Source of the DNA: the human T2T-CHM13v2.0 reference genome, Homo sapiens
Strand: one strand, 5' to 3'
Assembly (NCBI RefSeq): GCF_009914755.1
Contig: NC_060945.1
DNA: 64,000 bases
In this document: positions 58,819-64,000 of the stretch, piece after piece
Layout: every line of letters begins with the position of its first letter
Numbering within the stretch: the stretch's first letter is position 1
Notes under the pieces: model-generated
Seen by the model: only the letters and a program-made list of their open reading frames with translations
Databases searched by the model: none
What the model was told of the DNA's origin: nothing
Program-made: the position numbers and the translations under genes

Positions 58819-60654
58819 CAAATGTTGCCAAAGTCATGGGAACTCTAGTTAGGAAGATTTCCCCTACTTAGAGCATGTCACTCTGGCGTGGACCTTCATT
58901 CATCTCTTTCCCCGGCCTGGGGTTGATCCATTCTCCCTTCTTCCCCCTTCTCCTGCCCTGCCCCCACCTTCTCAGTCACAATCTTTGTCTTCCCAGTTTG
59001 GCAGGACATCCCAGGGGCCCCTGGGCTTTCCTTCCTGAGGTTAGAAGATGGTGCTTTGAAAGAACAATTGCTCCTACAAACATCAAATCAAACTTTTAGA
59101 AGCTGATAAAGACCTTAAAAATCATTCAATCTCCTCTTCTTTCTCCTTCTGTAGATGAGGAATCTGAGGGTCTAAGAGGAGACATGAGCTGCTGAGATTG
59201 ACTGAGCTAGGCAGGGCCAGACATAGACTCCACGGGCAGGCCCGCAGTCTTTCCACCAGGTCAGGCCACTCCCTCGCCCAGGGCTCAAGATTCCTTTTAG
59301 AGTTCAACAGAGCAGCTCCCGAGAACAGACCAGCCCTCAAGACTCAAATTTCAGTGGTTTCCAGTTCTTTCTCCCTGCACTCAGCTACCTATTTATTTTG
59401 AGACTGGCTGAATCACCCGAAGAATAGAACGGGTTTCTCTGAAGCTGCTCCCGGCAGCATGTCAGCAAATGAACAGGACAGCGAGCTGGCCTCTGGAGCC
59501 TTGGAAGATTCTCACCTCCAAGCAGCTGCAGTTTTTGACTCGTCCTGGGAAACTGGCACTGAGACTCAGGGGTGTAACATTTCACCTCCCTGAAATCAAA
59601 TCCAGAAATCTCAGGCGAGCAGCGTATATAAAAAGCCACAGGGGAAAAAAGGAATACGGACTCAGCAACTCTTAGGTGCTCTGAGCCTCTTCCCAAGCCT
59701 TCTGGTTCTGTGAGCATTTCATTGAAAGAAAATGGAATAACAGAGTTTTAGAAGAAAAACTGTATTTGGTCTTGCAAGAGAAAAGTATATTCATATAAAA
59801 CTCAGTTCTCAACTATTTGCCAAGGTTACTTCTTTTGTTTCCAACATTTAAAAAGGGTATCTAGTTGTAGGTGGAGAAAACATTAAGATATGTGAATGGA
59901 AAAAGGTAAAATTTCTAAAAGTATGGATTCACAGTGGGGTCTGATTTAAATGTTTAAATTTTTTCTCTTTAATTTCTTCTCACCAATCCTGAAAGACACG
60001 ACGAGATAATATCTACTTTCAAGAAATCAATTAATTTTATTTAAAATCCCTAAGATTTTAATATAGTACATGCAAAACAATAGATTTTCTATTTTTTAAT
60101 TATCTAATTATATTTATATTATCTAATTGACAGACTACTTAAAAAGCACATTGATATATATTATCTCAATGTGTCCTCAAGAACCCTGTGCAGTAGGCAG
60201 AACTCATAGTATTATTCCCATCTTATAGATGACCCAGGGGAAGCTTCTAGATGCTCAGAGCTTTGCAGGTCACACAACAGCATAGGTGCTTCATGTTAAG
60301 AAGCAGAACTGCATTTTGATAAAACCTTTAATTGGAAAAAGATCACCTCTCCCTCAAGGAAGTAGGGCAACATGGTTGACAGGGTTATGTTTCAATGAGG
60401 AATACATTTGTTGAAGCCAGTTCAGTGATGCAGTAATTGGAATTAATAATAGGTAGTATGGAAGGAAAAGAGAAAAAGCCCTTATTGTACTGTATTGTGA
60501 GGGCCAAATTTGCCAAGCTTTTTTTTTTCTTCTTTTTTTTTAAGTACTTGGCAATGGTAAATATTTGGCCCCCACTTGAACAGAATTCCATTTGTTTCCT
60601 CTCATAAGGTCTTTGGGACATGGTCAAGGGGCCTACCCGTCTAGAGCATGTGCT

Positions 60655-60810
60655 TTAATAATAGCAGCTAATATTTAAGGAACACTTCTGTGCCCAGCAC
60701 GGTGCTATGCCCTAACATGAATTATTTTATTCAATCCGCACAATAATCCCCAACAGAGGGATATCATACTCCTGGTTTTATACCCAAGGAGGCTGAAGGT
60801 GGGGAGGTTA
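60655..60810. mobile_element. MIR
   Basis: GCTAATATTTAAGGAACACTTCTGTGCCCAGCACGGTGCTA...TTCAATCCGCACAATAATCCC. Further MIR-like pieces lie near 23170-23320, 31600-31700, 59120-59220, 60150-60300, 60900-61000 and 63790-63990. Confidence 0.65.
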
Positions 60811-60991
60811 ATCTGATCCCGAAGGGGAGGCCAGGCTGAATCAGGAAGCCAGCTCTGGAGCTTCGCCATCAGCCACTGCTCCAGCTCGCCTTTCAGGCTA
60901 TCTCTTTTAATCCTCACATCCCCTAGCAAGAGAGGTATCATGCAGTCCATTCTACAGATGGGAAAACTGTGAAACGCAGTTTTAGACTTGA

Positions 60992-61432
<441 letters not shown>

Positions 61433-61854
61433 TGAATGAACTGGAAATATCATACAACCACTTCAAAGGTAAGTGAAAATAAGGTGGTACCAGGAAAATA
61501 TTCAAAGGGCCATAAATCTATGTAGTATCTAGGAACTTATTTCAAATGTTTACTCTTTATTTTAAATAATCAGAATATGACTTTTAAGCCATGGTGAACA
61601 AAAACAAATACAAAATCAAACAAGTATCAAATGTTCGACATTTCAGTATATGGAAGTACACTGAAAGATTTCAATAGCAGTCTGGGTTTTTGTCAATAAT
61701 TGCTTTAATGGAAACTAAGTATATGTATATCATGAAAGTACCAAACCAATGTACTGCCTTTAAATAACTTTCTAGGGGTCTTGAGAGTTGGCAGATTGAT
61801 TCCATTGTGTTACTTTTTGAAAAGGCAAACAGAAAAGAACTTTGCTTTGGGTAC

Positions 61855-62363
61855 ATATATATATATATAAAATATATATATAATATATATTATATATATT
61901 TTTATATATAAAAAATTATATATAATATATATTATATATAAAATATATAATATATATTATATATAGTATATATACTATATTATATATAGTATATATACTA
62001 TATTATATAGTATATATACTATATTATATAGTATATATACTATATTATATAGTATATATACTATATATAATATAGTATATATACTATATATAATATATAG
62101 TATATATAATATATTATATATAGTATATATTATATATAGTATAATATATAATATATATTATATATAGTATAATATATAATATATATTATATATAGTATAT
62201 ATAATATATTATATATAGTATAATATATAATATATAGTATATATATAGTATATATATAATATATTATATATAGTATAATATATAATATATATTATATATA
62301 GTATATATATAATATATATTATAATATATAGTATATATAATATATATTATATATATATATATT
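61855..62363. repeat. ~510 bp TA-rich compound microsatellite
   Basis: Almost only A/T, with sub-units such as TATATTATATAGTATATATAC and TATATAATATATATTATATA. Confidence 0.97.
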
Positions 62364-64000
62364 AGCTTGGCTTTCACCTATGAATGTGAATCCAGAATAT
62401 TTGGCTATTCATGACAGCAAATTTTACCAGTGACACGGCATAATTTACACATAGAAGTTGATGAAAATATACCATGTGTCAATCATACTATAAAAAAGGA
62501 ATTTCACATCCAACTAAATGTCACTGGCTTGTGATATGTCTGATAATATAGCCATAATGTACGGTAATAGATTATACCTAATTTACCCTTTCTGTATTGC
62601 CAACTTTTCATAATTAATACTTTGATAGCAAAAAAAAGCAAACCTTCTCTAAAAGTTGCCTTTAAAGGAAAAGAATATGCGATGAACAGGAGAACACAGA
62701 AATTGCCAATCAGCTCAAATGAATTTAAATGCAGATATGGTGTAAGGGGGTAGCTTTTACTTATTTAAGCTAAACTGGAATTATTATTATTATTATTACT
62801 ATTATTATTTTGGTGGTAGTAGTGGAATTCCATGAGACCCAGTGTATCAAATTCTTATAATGCCTTTCCTAGTTACATGGCTTACAGGAAAAAACAACAA
62901 CAACAAAAAAAACTGAAGCCTTTGAGAAAACTCAAGGAGAAATTTTTCAAAATGAAAAATGGAAAGTGGCTAGGGTATGAGAAAAATTCTAAATCTACCT
63001 GAAAGCACAGGAGTCGATGTATTTTAATGTGCTGGGATGCTGTGACTGCCAACCGCAATCCATCTGAAAGCTGTGGGTCCATCCATCCCCATGGGAGACG
63101 TGCACCCAATGACAAGGCCTGACCATCCCAGACTGGGGCTGCCCCATCAGACCCCCAAAGGACACAGGCAGCAGGCGGAGCTGCCTTGCACACATGGAAG
63201 GGTCTCCAGTGCTGGTCACTGATTTAGGAAACTCAGTGGGTGGCCGGCCATGTTTATGTGCTTGCAAAGCTTGGCTGCGGCGAGAGATCCCAGGCACGCT
63301 TGGGAGACGCACTGCATTTGCCTAGTACAAGAATTCCGACCCCAAGACACCTGCTACATTACACGTCACGTTTCTAGGACAGTGTGGAGACTTCTGCAGC
63401 TGTGTCATGCCTCTACTGAACAGGACCCATGTGTTAGATCTTAAGCACTGATGTTTGATGTCACCCACACGTGACTTTTCTTTCTGACTTTTTCACAAAG
63501 TGCAACATTTGGGGGCAAGGCCATTTCACCCGTTAGTGACTTAGGAACAGTGCCCAGAGTGTTTCCAGGGCCCATGCTATACTAGAAAAGAAATTTTACT
63601 GGGTCTCAACACAAAACGAAATCCAGAAAAATAAATCAAAATTTATAAATGTTTAATTAAATGTAAAAAAAAAAGTGTACCATTATGGCAACTTCATGAA
63701 TTTTTAAATTTAGGAGCCACAGATCTTTTTTGGTTAAAGTTTTCTCATTTCCAGAAGGATTTCAAGACTAAATCTGAATTATACCTGTCCTCTTTTGAGT
63801 ATGTATTGTGTGCCAGGCATGGTTCTAAGCCACAGAGGCTGCTGCATTCAGCCTTCCAGTGATGTGACGGTGGTACTACCAACTGTCCCCGTTTTGGAGA
63901 GGCTCAGTCAGACCAGCTGCTCCCCCAGGAATCGGCTCTCATAGTGTTAGCAAGTGCCAAAATGGAGACCTCAACCCCTAGTCTTGATTACATGTTGGTG

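Overview
Human (primate) genomic DNA containing the 3' part of RUNX1 (AML1/CBFA2) on the minus strand. Exon numbering follows RUNX1c, with the older names in brackets. Four coding exons are supported by splice sites and by the recognisable protein sequence: exon 7 [old 6] at 47005-47196, the RUNX1a-specific terminal exon [7A] at 34274-34302, exon 8 [7B] at 11905-12066, and terminal exon 9 [8] at 4740-5215, which ends in VWRPY. The ~4.3 kb 3'UTR has several poly(A) signals and miRNA seed matches. The rest is intronic: Alus, an old L1, an LTR-internal-LTR MaLR provirus with an intact target-site duplication (TSD), MER20/MER2/MER58/MER5 DNA transposons, MIR/L2 fragments, minisatellites and a ~500 bp TA-rich tract. 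Almost all other ORFs in the track are spurious. I see no evidence for a wholly new gene system. The best leads are at the isoform level: both alternative frames of the last exon stay open deep into the 3'UTR; exon 7 reads 96 codons into its intron; the RUNX1a 3' end seems built from MIR/L2 sequence and is bracketed by inverted Alus; a hairpin-unit minisatellite abuts the last splice acceptor; and there are several enhancer-like motif clusters. Repeat subfamily names are from recognition by eye, not from RepeatMasker.
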